From contig CAJWAA010000008.1 in the NCBI GenBank assembly GCA_913020295.1, forward strand, positions 9,983-73,982: a stretch of DNA of 64,000 bases. Reading direction: 5' to 3'. The notes beneath the pieces are model-generated. The model was not told where the DNA came from. It searched no databases and worked only from the letters and a program-made list of their open reading frames with translations. Origin of the DNA: an uncultured Flavobacteriaceae bacterium (GTDB lineage: Bacteria > Bacteroidota > Bacteroidia > Flavobacteriales > Flavobacteriaceae). Position numbers and translations under genes: made by a program. Numbering within the stretch: the first letter of the stretch is position 1; every line of letters begins with the position of its first letter. This document shows positions 17,788 to 27,689 of this stretch, piece after piece.

Positions 17788-18378
17788 TTACAAGTGCATT
17801 TCGTGAAGTTTTGAGATGTATTTTCCGATCATGTCGAACTCCAGGTTCACAGAATCTCCTTTTTGGATCATGTGGAAGTTGGTGTGTTCATATGTATAAG
17901 GAATAATGGCAACAGAAAAGTTATTTAGCCCTGAGTTTACGACAGTTAGACTGACACCGTTGACACAAATGGAACCTTTTTCTATGGTTATGTTTTTTTG
18001 ATACTTCCCATACTCGAAATCAAAGAACCAGCTTCCACCCCTGAAATCAACCCCGGTACAAAAACCGACTTGATCTACATGGCCTTGAACAATGTGTCCA
18101 TCCAAACGATTATTCATTTTCATTGCCCTTTCCAGATTGACTAAATCTCCTTTTTTTAGCTCCCCAAGATTTGACTTTTCCATAGTTTCTTGGATTGCGG
18201 TGACCTTGTATCGATCAGCTTTTGTTTCCACTACGGTGAGGCAAACACCGTTATGGGCCAAGCTTTGGTCTATCTTTAATTCTTTGGTCAAACTACTTTC
18301 AAGGTTCAAGTGAAGGTTCTCTTGATCTTTTTCAAGATCAACTACTTTCCCAAACCCCTCAATTATTCCAGTAAACAT
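17788..18378 (-). CDS. ribE: Riboflavin synthase
   Basis: 196 aa. Starts MFTGIIEGFGKV, with a duplicated lumazine-binding repeat (SLAHNGVCLTV and GSICVNGVSLTV). Confidence 0.92.
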   Translation of the reverse strand: MFTGIIEGFGKVVDLEKDQENLHLNLESSLTKELKIDQSLAHNGVCLTVVETKADRYKVTAIQETMEKSNLGELKKGDLVNLERAMKMNNRLDGHIVQGHVDQVGFCTGVDFRGGSWFFDFEYGKYQKNITIEKGSICVNGVSLTVVNSGLNNFSVAIIPYTYEHTNFHMIQKGDSVNLEFDMIGKYISKLHEMHL

Positions 18379-18392
18379 CTGTTAGATTTAAT

Positions 18393-18400
18393 TACATTTG
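18393..18400 (+). promoter_or_regulatory. -7 promoter box TACATTTG upstream of pdxA
   Basis: Exact TAnnTTTG match 31 nt upstream of the pdxA ATG, in the divergent ribE/pdxA intergenic region. Confidence 0.35.
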
Positions 18401-18431
18401 TTAGGTAAAATTAGCAATAAAAGCGACACCA

Positions 18432-19460
18432 ATGTTGGGGAAAATTAAGCTGGGCATTTCTGTAGGAGATCCCAATGGTATTGGGATCGAAATCATCTTA
18501 AAAATTTTTGAAGACCGAAGATTATTTGAATTCTTTACCCCCTTGATTTTTGCACCTATAAAACTATTGGAAAATCAAAAAAAACATTTTCAATTCAATT
18601 CAAGCCTTACCCTGAGAAAGATCAATCACCGATTGCATAAAGCTCAATTAAATGTATTTGATCTTCCCATGCCGGCTGGGAATTTAGTTTTTGGAGAGGC
18701 TTCAAAAACAGCAGGGTTAATTGCTTTCGAGTCGTTAAAGTCAGCTACAACAGCTTTAAAAAAAGATGAGATTGATGCTTTGGTCACTGCGCCAATTAAC
18801 AAAGATACCATACAATCCAAGGATTTTGACTTTACCGGCCATACCGATTACTTAGCCAAAGAACTTGATGGAAAAAGTTTAATGTTTATGATCTCTGAGT
18901 CATTGAAAGTAGCCCTTGTCAGTGATCATATTGCAGTTAAAGAAATTTCTGGTATACTTTCCATTGAATTATTGAGAGAAAAAATCTATTATTTAGAAAG
19001 TGCTCTAAAAGAGGATTTTAAAATCAGTCGACCAAGAATTGCCGTTTTGGGTCTTAATCCTCACACAGGGGACAAAGGTGTAATCGGTAAGGAAGACGAT
19101 GAAATTACCCGTCCATTAATTAAAGAATTATCACAATTAGGCCATTTGGTTTTCGGGCCCTATGCAGCCGACAGTTTTTTTGGCCATCAAACCCACCTCA
19201 GATTCGATGCTGTTATGGCAATTTATCACGATCAGGGTCTGATTCCTTTTAAAACTCTAACTTTTGGTACAGGTGTCAATTTTACCGCGGGCCTAAGTAA
19301 GGTAAGGACTTCACCTGATCATGGTACTGCTTTTGAAATTGCAGGAAAAGGTTTGGCTGAAACCGAATCATTTAGAAATGCAATGTTTTTAGCCCGAAGA
19401 ATTTATTTTAATAGACAAGAGAAAAAAAATCTTACCAACATCAGTAAAGTTGAAAAATAA
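18432..19460 (+). CDS. pdxA: 4-hydroxythreonine-4-phosphate dehydrogenase
   Basis: 342 aa. Motifs GDPNGIGIEI, GHTDYLA, NPHTGD and SPDHGTAFEIAGKG. Confidence 0.9.
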   Translation: MLGKIKLGISVGDPNGIGIEIILKIFEDRRLFEFFTPLIFAPIKLLENQKKHFQFNSSLTLRKINHRLHKAQLNVFDLPMPAGNLVFGEASKTAGLIAFESLKSATTALKKDEIDALVTAPINKDTIQSKDFDFTGHTDYLAKELDGKSLMFMISESLKVALVSDHIAVKEISGILSIELLREKIYYLESALKEDFKISRPRIAVLGLNPHTGDKGVIGKEDDEITRPLIKELSQLGHLVFGPYAADSFFGHQTHLRFDAVMAIYHDQGLIPFKTLTFGTGVNFTAGLSKVRTSPDHGTAFEIAGKGLAETESFRNAMFLARRIYFNRQEKKNLTNISKVEK

Positions 19461-19492
19461 GATAAGAATACTTTAAAAATCTTTTTTTTTGA

Positions 19493-19500
19493 TAAATTTG
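19493..19500 (+). promoter_or_regulatory. -7 promoter box TAAATTTG upstream of yceD-rpmF
   Basis: Exact TAnnTTTG match 19 nt upstream of the ATG at 19520. Confidence 0.35.
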
Positions 19501-19519
19501 CAGGCTAAAAGTTGGAAGG

Positions 19520-20044
19520 ATGGGGCAGCTTTCAGAATACTTGATTCCGTTCGTCGGTCTAAAGGAAGGTTTACATTGTTTCGAATTTAAGGTTGACAAT
19601 ACGTTCTTTGAAAGCTTTGATTTTTTAGATTTCCGTGACTCACGGATTCAGGTTAGTTTGGATTTTCAAAAAAAAACAAACCTTTTGGAGCTGAATTTCA
19701 TAGCAAAAGGTGAAGTTACAGTCCCATGTGATGTCTCCACTGAACTTTTTGATTTGTCAATTGACACCTCATTTAGATTGGTGGTTAAGTTTGGGGCGGA
19801 AGAAAACTCTGACAATCATGAGATTTTAATCCTTTCACATGGTTCTCATGAAATTCATGTAGCCCAGTTCATATATGAAATGATTGTGTTGTCGCTGCCA
19901 CAAAAAAAAGTTCATCCAGGAATTGAAGATGGGACTTTAAAATCAGAGATTTTGGAAAAACTAAATGATTTAAAGCCTCAAGTAAAACCCTCATCAATCG
20001 GAACAGATCCAAGGTGGGACAAATTGAAAGACTTATTAAAATAA
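19520..20044 (+). CDS. yceD: YceD/DUF177 family protein (large ribosomal RNA accumulation protein)
   Basis: 174 aa, immediately upstream of rpmF as in many bacteria. Sequence is consistent with the DUF177 pattern (...VPCDVS...). Confidence 0.75.
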   Translation: MGQLSEYLIPFVGLKEGLHCFEFKVDNTFFESFDFLDFRDSRIQVSLDFQKKTNLLELNFIAKGEVTVPCDVSTELFDLSIDTSFRLVVKFGAEENSDNHEILILSHGSHEIHVAQFIYEMIVLSLPQKKVHPGIEDGTLKSEILEKLNDLKPQVKPSSIGTDPRWDKLKDLLK

Positions 20045-20069
20045 TATATAAAAATTAAAAGCGACAAGA

Positions 20070-20267
20070 ATGGCGCATCCTAAAAGAAAAATATCGAAAA
20101 CCAGAAGGGATAAAAGAAGAACCCATTTAAAGGCAATCACCCCTCAAATTAGTACTTGTAGTACTACAGGTGAAGCCCACTTGTACCATCGTGCTCATTG
20201 GCATGAAGGTAAACTTTACTATAGAGGTAAAGTTCTGATTGACAATAACGAGGAAATCGAAGTATAA
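20070..20267 (+). CDS. rpmF: 50S ribosomal protein L32
   Basis: 65 aa. [19 protein letters not shown]... is the canonical bL32 N-terminus. Confidence 0.92.
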   Translation: MAHPKRKISKTRRDKRRTHLKAITPQISTCSTTGEAHLYHRAHWHEGKLYYRGKVLIDNNEEIEV

Positions 20268-20398
20268 TTTAGAACAGCAATTACACATAAGCTCTTCTTT
20301 TTTTGGAGGGCTCTTTTTGTGTAGAAAGATTTTGATTGCTCTAAAAAACTACTATCTTCACACATAATATTGACAATTCAAAAGGAAGTAATCTACTG

Positions 20399-21403
20399 AT
20401 GAATTATATCAATCCAAGCCCCATAAAGGCTGCTATAACTGCAGTAGGCGCTTATGTTCCTGAGGAAAAGCTTACCAACGCTGAATTGGAAAAGATGGTT
20501 GATACCAATGATGATTGGATAGTGGTAAGAACGGGGATTAAAGAAAGAAGAATTTTAAAAGATTCATCAAAAGGAACTTCTTTTATGGCTATCAAGGCTG
20601 CTGAAGACCTCCTCAGTAAAAGAAATTTAAATCCTAAAGAAATTGATGCTGTCATCCTTGCTTCCATCACCCCGGATATGAATGTTGCTGCTACTGCTGC
20701 ATACGTGGCTTCGGAAATCGGTGCGACCAATGCCTTTGGCTATGACCTTCAAGCTGCTTGTTCTGGTTTCCTGTATGGAATGTCCAATTCTTCCAATATG
20801 ATAGCCAGTGGGCGGTATAAAAAAGTATTATTGATAGGAGCAGATAAAATGTCTTCTATAATTGATTACTCAGATAGAACAACATCTATTATTTTTGGGG
20901 ATGGTGCAGGAGCGGTTCTGTTTGAACCCAGTGAATCCGGTTATGGATTGGAAGACGAGTTTTTGAGATCCGACGGTACTGGAAGGACTTTTCTTAATAT
21001 AAAAGGTGGAGGATCATTGTTTCCCACTTCAGAGGAAACCCTCAAAAGGGGAATGCATAATCTTTATCAAGATGGCAAAACCGTATTTAAATACGCTGTC
21101 TCAGAAATGGCTAATGCCATAGAGCAAATTTTGAAACGCAATGACATTAACCAGGAGAAAATATCTTATTTAGTTCCACATCAGGCCAACAAAAGAATTA
21201 TTGATGCTATTGCAAAACGTATTGGTTTACCTGACGAGAAAGTCATGTCAAATATTGAATATTATGGAAATACAACTGCGGCAACACTACCGCTTTTATT
21301 AAAAGATTACGAATCAAAATTAAGTCCAGGGGATCGATTGGTTTTTGCTGCTTTTGGTGGAGGTTTCACTTGGGGGGCAGCCTATTTAACATGGACATAT
21401 TAA
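20399..21403 (+). CDS. fabH: Beta-ketoacyl-ACP synthase III
   Basis: 334 aa. Active-site motifs AACSGFLYG (Cys), PHQANKRI (His) and YGNTTAATLP (Asn). Confidence 0.92.
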   Translation: MNYINPSPIKAAITAVGAYVPEEKLTNAELEKMVDTNDDWIVVRTGIKERRILKDSSKGTSFMAIKAAEDLLSKRNLNPKEIDAVILASITPDMNVAATAAYVASEIGATNAFGYDLQAACSGFLYGMSNSSNMIASGRYKKVLLIGADKMSSIIDYSDRTTSIIFGDGAGAVLFEPSESGYGLEDEFLRSDGTGRTFLNIKGGGSLFPTSEETLKRGMHNLYQDGKTVFKYAVSEMANAIEQILKRNDINQEKISYLVPHQANKRIIDAIAKRIGLPDEKVMSNIEYYGNTTAATLPLLLKDYESKLSPGDRLVFAAFGGGFTWGAAYLTWTY

Positions 21404-21422
21404 AATTTTAATTATTTGAATA

Positions 21423-21914
21423 ATGGAAATTAAGGAAATTCAAAATTTAATCAAGTTTGTAGCAAAATCTGGAGCACATGAGGTGAAACTTGAAATGGAT
21501 AATTTCAAGATCACCATCAAAACCAATGCTGATTCTAATTCTTCAGAAATGCAATCTACAGTGCAAAGTGTGCCAAACATAATGGTGCCTGCGCCACATC
21601 AACCCGCAGTTGCAACTGATACTGAACCACCTGCAAAAACTGAAAGCAAGCCTGTCAATGATGAAGTTGACAATCTAATTACAATTAAATCTCCTATGAT
21701 TGGAACTTTTTACAGAAAACCCTCTCCGGACAAAGATGTATTTATCGAGGTGGGAGATATCGTTAAAGAGGGAGATGTTTTATGTGTGGTTGAAGCCATG
21801 AAGCTGTTCAATGAGATAGAATCCGATATAAGTTGTAAGATTATTAAAATTTTGGTCGATGATTCTTCCCCTGTTGAATTTGATCAACCCCTCTTTTTAG
21901 TTGAACCGATTTAA
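21423..21914 (+). CDS. accB: Acetyl-CoA carboxylase biotin carboxyl carrier protein
   Basis: 163 aa with a Pro/Ala-rich linker. Biotinylation motif CVVEAMKLFNEIE. Confidence 0.92.
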   Translation: MEIKEIQNLIKFVAKSGAHEVKLEMDNFKITIKTNADSNSSEMQSTVQSVPNIMVPAPHQPAVATDTEPPAKTESKPVNDEVDNLITIKSPMIGTFYRKPSPDKDVFIEVGDIVKEGDVLCVVEAMKLFNEIESDISCKIIKILVDDSSPVEFDQPLFLVEPI

Positions 21915-21926
21915 ATTTTTTTAACA

Positions 21927-23270
21927 ATGTTTAAAAAGATTCTAATTGCCAATCGTGGTGAAATCGCCATGCGACTGATAAGGACTTGTAAAGAGATGGG
22001 TATTAAAACAGTTGCTGTTTACTCAACTGCCGACCAAGAAAGTCTTCATGTACGTTTTGCCGATGAGGCAGTTTGTATTGGCCCTCCATCCAGTTCGGAG
22101 TCTTATTTGAAAATGGCCAATATCATGGCCGCTGCAGAAATTTGTAATGCCGATGCCATCCATCCGGGTTATGGATTTTTGTCTGAAAATGCTAAATTCT
22201 CAAAAATTTGTAAAGAACATAGGATTAAATTTATTGGTGCTTCTTCCGAGATGATTGAAAAAATGGGAGACAAGGCCACTGCAAAGGCAACGATGAAGGC
22301 AGCAGGAGTTCCGACCATACCTGGATCCGAAGGTATATTGGAATCTTTTGATCAAGCAAAAAAAATAGCTAAAAAAATAGGATATCCGGTAATGTTAAAA
22401 GCTACTGCTGGCGGAGGAGGCAAAGGTATGCGCGCTGTATGGAAAGAAGAAGATCTCAAGAAAGCTTGGGATAGTGCTCGACAAGAAGCCGCTGCATCTT
22501 TTGGAAACGATGGTATGTATATGGAAAAACTTATTGAAGAACCACGTCATATTGAAGTTCAAATTGTTGGAGATTCTAATGGCAAAGCCTGTCACTTATC
22601 CGAACGCGATTGCTCCATTCAAAGAAGACATCAAAAGTTGACCGAAGAAACCCCATCGCCTTTTATGACCCCAGAGTTGAGAGATGAGATGGGAGCAGCG
22701 GCTGTCAAAGCCGCTGAGTTCATCAAATATGAAGGGGCAGGAACCATCGAGTTTTTGGTTGATAAACATCGTAATTTCTACTTTATGGAGATGAACACAC
22801 GTATCCAAGTGGAGCATCCCATAACAGAACAAGTAATCAACTTTGATTTAATAAGGGAGCAAATTATGGTCGCTGCTGGGATAGCTATATCGGGAGAGAA
22901 TTATTTACCCGGTATGCACTCAATTGAATGTAGAATCAATGCTGAGGACCCGTTTAATGATTTTAGACCCAGTCCTGGTAAAATATCTACCCTTCACTTT
23001 CCGGGTGGGCATGGAGTCAGATTAGACACCCATGTTTATGGAGGCTACATCATACCATCTCACTATGATTCTATGATTGCCAAGTTGATTACAACAGCCC
23101 AGACCAGAGAGGAGGCTATCAATAAGATGAGGCGTGCTTTGGATGAGTTCGTAATTGAAGGGATAAAAACCACAATTCCTTTTCATCGTAAACTCATGGA
23201 TCACCCTGATTATATTTCTGGAAACTATACAACCAAATTTATGGAGATTTTTTCGATAGAGGATTTGTAG
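21927..23270 (+). CDS. accC: Acetyl-CoA carboxylase biotin carboxylase subunit
   Basis: 447 aa. [11 protein letters not shown] start, ATP-grasp motifs GGGGKGMR and [11 protein letters not shown]. Confidence 0.96.
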   Translation: MFKKILIANRGEIAMRLIRTCKEMGIKTVAVYSTADQESLHVRFADEAVCIGPPSSSESYLKMANIMAAAEICNADAIHPGYGFLSENAKFSKICKEHRIKFIGASSEMIEKMGDKATAKATMKAAGVPTIPGSEGILESFDQAKKIAKKIGYPVMLKATAGGGGKGMRAVWKEEDLKKAWDSARQEAAASFGNDGMYMEKLIEEPRHIEVQIVGDSNGKACHLSERDCSIQRRHQKLTEETPSPFMTPELRDEMGAAAVKAAEFIKYEGAGTIEFLVDKHRNFYFMEMNTRIQVEHPITEQVINFDLIREQIMVAAGIAISGENYLPGMHSIECRINAEDPFNDFRPSPGKISTLHFPGGHGVRLDTHVYGGYIIPSHYDSMIAKLITTAQTREEAINKMRRALDEFVIEGIKTTIPFHRKLMDHPDYISGNYTTKFMEIFSIEDL

Positions 23271-23373
23271 CTTTTTTCTTTCCTAATTTTAAATACATAA
23301 TTTTTCAGTAATGTCAATTTTTACTCTATAATTTGGCATTTCTTTTTTAATTCCTTAAGAGGATATTAAATTA

Positions 23374-24363
23374 TTAGATCAAATTCTCTTTAACAATATA
23401 CTCAGCAATTTGAATAGTATTTGTAGCAGCTCCTTTTCTAAGGTTGTCTGCAACCACCCAGAGGTTAAGTGTTTTCTTCTGGGATTCATCTTTTCTGATT
23501 CTACCTACAAATACCTCGTTTTTACCAGCCGCATAAATTGGCATAGGATAAACATTGTTTTCGGGATTGTCTTGAACAACCACGCCGGGGCTTTCATTTA
23601 ATAGCTTTCTGATTGTTTCTAATTCGAAATCTTTTTTCAACTGAACATTGATTGACTCACTATGTCCTCCTACCACTGGAATTCTGATTGCAGTAGCAGT
23701 AATCCTTATCGATAGATCATCGAGAATCTTATGAGTTTCATTAACCAATTTCATTTCCTCTTTGGTGTAGCCATTGTCCATAAAAACATCACAGTGTGGC
23801 AGTGCATTGCGATGGATGGGATAAGGGTAAGCCATTTCGCCTATTTTACTTTTGTATTCATTTTCCAACTGTTGTACTGCCTTGACTCCAGTGCCTGTAA
23901 TTGACTGATAGGTCGATACCACAATGCGTTTAATTCCGTAATTTTCTTTTAAAGGAGCCAATGCTACCAACATTTGAATGGTAGAGCAGTTGGGATTGGC
24001 AATGATTTTGTCTGAAGCGGTTAATTTGTTTGCATTTATCTCTGGGATGATCAATTTTTTGGAGGAGTCCATCCGCCAGGCAGAGGAGTTATCAATCACC
24101 ACAGTTCCTGAGTCGGCAAACTTTGGCGCCCATTCCAACGATATCGATCCACCAGCAGAGAACAAGGCTATATCGGGTTTGATAGAAACTGCAGTTTCCA
24201 AACCAACTACTTCGTGGGATTTACCACCACAAAAGACTTTTTTCCCCACAGATCTTTTTGAAGCTACTGGAATCAATTCCGTATAAGGGAAATTTCTCTC
24301 CGACAGAACCTGGAGCATAACCTCTCCAACCATCCCTGTTGCACCTACAACTGCTAATTTCAT
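23374..24363 (-). CDS. asd: Aspartate-semialdehyde dehydrogenase
   Basis: 329 aa. MKLAVVGATGMVG Rossmann start and active-site NPNCSTIQ. Confidence 0.92.
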   Translation of the reverse strand: MKLAVVGATGMVGEVMLQVLSERNFPYTELIPVASKRSVGKKVFCGGKSHEVVGLETAVSIKPDIALFSAGGSISLEWAPKFADSGTVVIDNSSAWRMDSSKKLIIPEINANKLTASDKIIANPNCSTIQMLVALAPLKENYGIKRIVVSTYQSITGTGVKAVQQLENEYKSKIGEMAYPYPIHRNALPHCDVFMDNGYTKEEMKLVNETHKILDDLSIRITATAIRIPVVGGHSESINVQLKKDFELETIRKLLNESPGVVVQDNPENNVYPMPIYAAGKNEVFVGRIRKDESQKKTLNLWVVADNLRKGAATNTIQIAEYIVKENLI

Positions 24364-24468
24364 AAGTTTAAATTGAAATTCATAAACCTGTATATAGTTG
24401 TTTTTATCAAGGAATTTATCTTAGTTGTTTAAATCTATTTAATAGGGTTTCATGATTTAAATTACCTG

Positions 24469-24476
24469 CAAAAATA
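24469..24476 (-). promoter_or_regulatory. -7 promoter box TATTTTTG upstream of asd
   Basis: Exact TAnnTTTG match on the minus strand, about 105 nt upstream of the asd ATG. Confidence 0.3.
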
Positions 24477-24552
24477 AGCTTTATGCCTAAGCGCACAACT
24501 TCAAAGGTTTTTTTTTCAAAAACTCAACTAACTGTTTGATTTATAACACCAT

Positions 24553-25644
24553 TTATTTAGTTTTTATTACTCTTGTTATTCGGTTTCCCAAAGCTGAAAG
24601 TAACTCATAGGAAATGGTTCCAGCATTTTTTGCTAACTTATCTGCTCTTGCTCCCGATCCTATAACCACTACTTCACTTTTTTCGCAACAGGGAATATCT
24701 CTAATGTCTACCATGATCATATCCATGCAAACATTGCCCACAACATATGCTTTCTGTCCATTGATCATTACCCAGCTATTACCATGCCCGAATTGTCTTA
24801 AGAAACCATCTGCATGTCCAATAGGTAAAACCGCAACACGAGTATTTTTTGTCGCTTTCCATCCACAATTGTAACCAACAGTTTCACCCGAATTAATCTG
24901 GTGAATTTGGGTAATTTTTGTTTTAAGTTGAGCAATAGGTTGGAGGGTCTCATTCCACTTAGGGTGGTTGGCAAACCCGTACAATCCTATACCAACTCTT
25001 ACCCAATCCAAATGATATTCGGGGTAGTTGAATAGCCCCGAGGTATTCAAGAGGTGATAATCGGTCTTTTGCCCTGCTACCCGCTTGTGTTTCATCATTA
25101 TTTGCTTAAATAGGGAAATTTGCCTCTCTGTCGGTTTGTCTGGTTTTGGAGCTTCTGATTGACCCAGATGAGTATAGACGGACTTTACTTTAAAATAAGA
25201 TGTTCTTAATTGTTGCAAAACCCAGTCTCCTTCTTCAGGGTGAAACCCAATGCGATTCAAACCTGTGTTGTACTTTATGTGAATGGGGTAAGCTGATTTT
25301 TTTTCCTCCTCTAAGGCTGTCTTAAACTTCTTCAAACTCCTTTTACTATATATTACAGGCTCAAGTTCGTGGCGGATAATATCTGTAAAACGTTCTTCTT
25401 GCGGATAAAACACTAAAACGGGAGCAGTGATTCCTAATTTTCTCAATTGGATGCCTTCTTCTGTATAGGCGACGGCTAAGGCCTCTGTTCCTAATTCAAT
25501 TAATTTTTCTGAGATGGGACCACAGATAGCTCCATAGGCATTGGCTTTGATGACCCCTATCATTTTGGTATTGGGACTCAATCTATTTCTCAGAGAATGA
25601 TAGTTGTATTCTAACTTTTCTATATCAATTTCAAGGAAAGTCAA
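24553..25644 (-). CDS. alr: Alanine racemase
   Basis: 363 aa. PLP-lysine motif GVIKANAYG and a C-terminal beta domain. The TTG start overlaps the tdk stop (TTGA). Confidence 0.85.
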   Translation of the reverse strand: MTFLEIDIEKLEYNYHSLRNRLSPNTKMIGVIKANAYGAICGPISEKLIELGTEALAVAYTEEGIQLRKLGITAPVLVFYPQEERFTDIIRHELEPVIYSKRSLKKFKTALEEEKKSAYPIHIKYNTGLNRIGFHPEEGDWVLQQLRTSYFKVKSVYTHLGQSEAPKPDKPTERQISLFKQIMMKHKRVAGQKTDYHLLNTSGLFNYPEYHLDWVRVGIGLYGFANHPKWNETLQPIAQLKTKITQIHQINSGETVGYNCGWKATKNTRVAVLPIGHADGFLRQFGHGNSWVMINGQKAYVVGNVCMDMIMVDIRDIPCCEKSEVVVIGSGARADKLAKNAGTISYELLSALGNRITRVIKTK

Positions 25645-26264
25645 GATCTTTTCTTTTTAACATTCTTTTTTGGTTCCTTTTTTTTGTCTTTACTTAAAAC
25701 TTTATGAAACGCTACTCTACTTAGGGGCTCATAACCGTCTTTTTCACCTAAAAGGACCAAATCCTTTTGATCTGATTTTCTATGACTATAATGAGCTAAA
25801 TTACCAGTTTGAGTACAAATGGCATGGACCTTAGTAACATATTCGGCAGTGGCCATCAATGCAGGCATTGGTCCAAAAGGCTTTCCCTGATAATCCATAT
25901 CCAGTCCAGCAATAATTACTCGTATCCCTTGATTGGCCAAATTATTGCAAACCTCAACGATCTCATCATCAAAAAACTGAGCTTCATCAATTCCAACAAC
26001 CTGGCATTCGTTGGCCAAAACGGGAATATTTGCCGCTGCACTTACTGAGGTCGAATGGATCTGATTCGAATCGTGTGAGGTAACCATCTGATCATCGTAT
26101 CTCCGGTCAATGGCGGGTTTAAAAATTTCAATTTTTTGATTGGCAAACTGAGCGCGTTTTAGACGACGTATCAACTCCTCTGTTTTTCCAGAAAACATTG
26201 ATCCACAGATCACTTCGATCCTTCCAAATTGTTCTTTATGATTTAAAGGATTTTCTAAAAACAT
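25641..26264 (-). CDS. tdk: Thymidine kinase
   Basis: P-loop GSMFSGKTEEL and the VVGIDEAQFF motif. The track starts at TTG 26282. The ATG at 26264 (MFLENPLNHK...) is preferred. Confidence 0.9.
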   Translation of the reverse strand: MFLENPLNHKEQFGRIEVICGSMFSGKTEELIRRLKRAQFANQKIEIFKPAIDRRYDDQMVTSHDSNQIHSTSVSAAANIPVLANECQVVGIDEAQFFDDEIVEVCNNLANQGIRVIIAGLDMDYQGKPFGPMPALMATAEYVTKVHAICTQTGNLAHYSHRKSDQKDLVLLGEKDGYEPLSRVAFHKVLSKDKKKEPKKNVKKKRS

Positions 26265-26322
26265 TTTGTAATTTACCGTCAAACAAAGGTATTAAAAACT
26301 AAACTTTGCAATACTAAAATTT

Positions 26323-26976
26323 ATGCCCAATAAAATCCATCAACAACTTAAAAAACTTGCCAAAGAAATTCTGGAAATGGAGGAGCCTTATGACTATGAA
26401 AAAGTTTATGACGCTACTTTGTTACTTTTAGAAAGCTTGATTTTAATCAAAAACACAAATGGTTTTAATGATAATTTCAGGGGAAACCTAGAAAAAAATT
26501 TAAATCAGGTGGGGGATTTTATTAGAGTCAAACCAAGGTCTGAAACAAAACGTGAAAATTCTAATGACATTGAAGATTTGCCCTCCATAGTGGATACTTA
26601 TAAGGAAATTATTAAAGAAATCCCTGATAAAAAGACTGTTGAGGTGGATTTATTAAAAGAGAACAGGAAAGTCTTGTCTTTCGAACGGAAAAAAGAGACT
26701 CCCGTGACTGAAAAAGAGATAAAGAAAAGCTTAAATGATAAATTTTCTAAAGGACTTCAGATAGATTTGAATGACCGATTGGCATTCATCAAACATTTAT
26801 TTGATCAAAATACAAATGAATATCACCGTGCCATTTCTCAGATTGCTACTCTTCAGACATGGGAGCATGCACAAAAATTTATTTTAGAAATGATCAAGCC
26901 AGATTACAATCAATGGGAAGGTAAAGAACAATATGAAATTCGTTTTTTGAAAATTGTAGAGAATAATTTTCAATAG
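26323..26976 (+). CDS. Hypothetical protein (charged, helical; no recognised domain)
   Basis: 217-aa ORF with a clean ATG start, lying between tdk and rsmI. Lys/Glu-rich middle region. The C-terminal region DRLAFIKHLFDQNTNEYHRAISQI looks conserved, but I cannot name a family. Confidence 0.5.
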   Translation: MPNKIHQQLKKLAKEILEMEEPYDYEKVYDATLLLLESLILIKNTNGFNDNFRGNLEKNLNQVGDFIRVKPRSETKRENSNDIEDLPSIVDTYKEIIKEIPDKKTVEVDLLKENRKVLSFERKKETPVTEKEIKKSLNDKFSKGLQIDLNDRLAFIKHLFDQNTNEYHRAISQIATLQTWEHAQKFILEMIKPDYNQWEGKEQYEIRFLKIVENNFQ

Positions 26977-26988
26977 TATTTTCATTTT

Positions 26989-27684
26989 ATGAACGACAAA
27001 ATGGAAGGGGGGGAACTTTTTTTAGTACCGACACCAATAGGTAATTTGGGGGATATGACCTACAGGGCAGTAGCAACTCTTAAAGTGGTCGATTTAATAT
27101 TGGCTGAGGACACCCGAAAAAGTAGTAAACTATTGAATCATTATCAAATTAGAACCCCAATGCAAGCTTTCCATATGCACAATGAGCATAGAAAATTAGC
27201 TGAGTTTATTTCAAAATTGACTCTTGGAAAGCGCATAGCTATTATCTCTGATGCAGGAACTCCCGGTATTTCCGACCCAGGTTTTCTATTGGTTCGAGAA
27301 GCATTGACCCTTAACTTGAAAGTTGCCTGTTTACCTGGGCCTACTGCTTTAATTCCCGCTTTGGTACAAAGTGGTTTGGCTTTAGATCGTTTTGTTTTTG
27401 AAGGATTTTTACCTCCCAAAAAGGGTAGAAACAAACGCTTGGAAAACCTTTCTGTCGAAAATCGAACCCTTATTTTTTATGAATCACCTCATAAGCTTCT
27501 AAAAACACTTATCCAGTTCTCCGAGATCTTTGGTCTTGACCGGCAGGTCTCCGTCTCTAGGGAGCTTTCAAAAATGTTTGAAGAAACTTTTAGAGGCACA
27601 TTAGAGCAAGCATTGAATCACTTTAATATTCATTCACCTAAAGGGGAATTTGTCATTTGTGTGTCTGGATCACAAAAGAAATAA
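26989..27684 (+). CDS. rsmI: 16S rRNA (cytidine1402-2'-O)-methyltransferase
   Basis: 231 aa. LFLVPTPIGNLGDMTYRA start and the SDAGTPGISDPG motif. Confidence 0.9.
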   Translation: MNDKMEGGELFLVPTPIGNLGDMTYRAVATLKVVDLILAEDTRKSSKLLNHYQIRTPMQAFHMHNEHRKLAEFISKLTLGKRIAIISDAGTPGISDPGFLLVREALTLNLKVACLPGPTALIPALVQSGLALDRFVFEGFLPPKKGRNKRLENLSVENRTLIFYESPHKLLKTLIQFSEIFGLDRQVSVSRELSKMFEETFRGTLEQALNHFNIHSPKGEFVICVSGSQKK

Positions 27685-27689
27685 TTAAT

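Noticed and set aside
18379-18431. Possible FMN riboswitch upstream of ribE
   Set aside because: The divergent intergenic region is only 53 nt, and an FMN element needs about 130 nt or more. It contains only a pdxA-oriented -7 box.
20268-20398. Possible intrinsic terminator after rpmF (aagctcttctttttttggagggctcttttt)
   Set aside because: The two arms are not actually complementary and pair for at most 3-4 bp, so I do not call a terminator.
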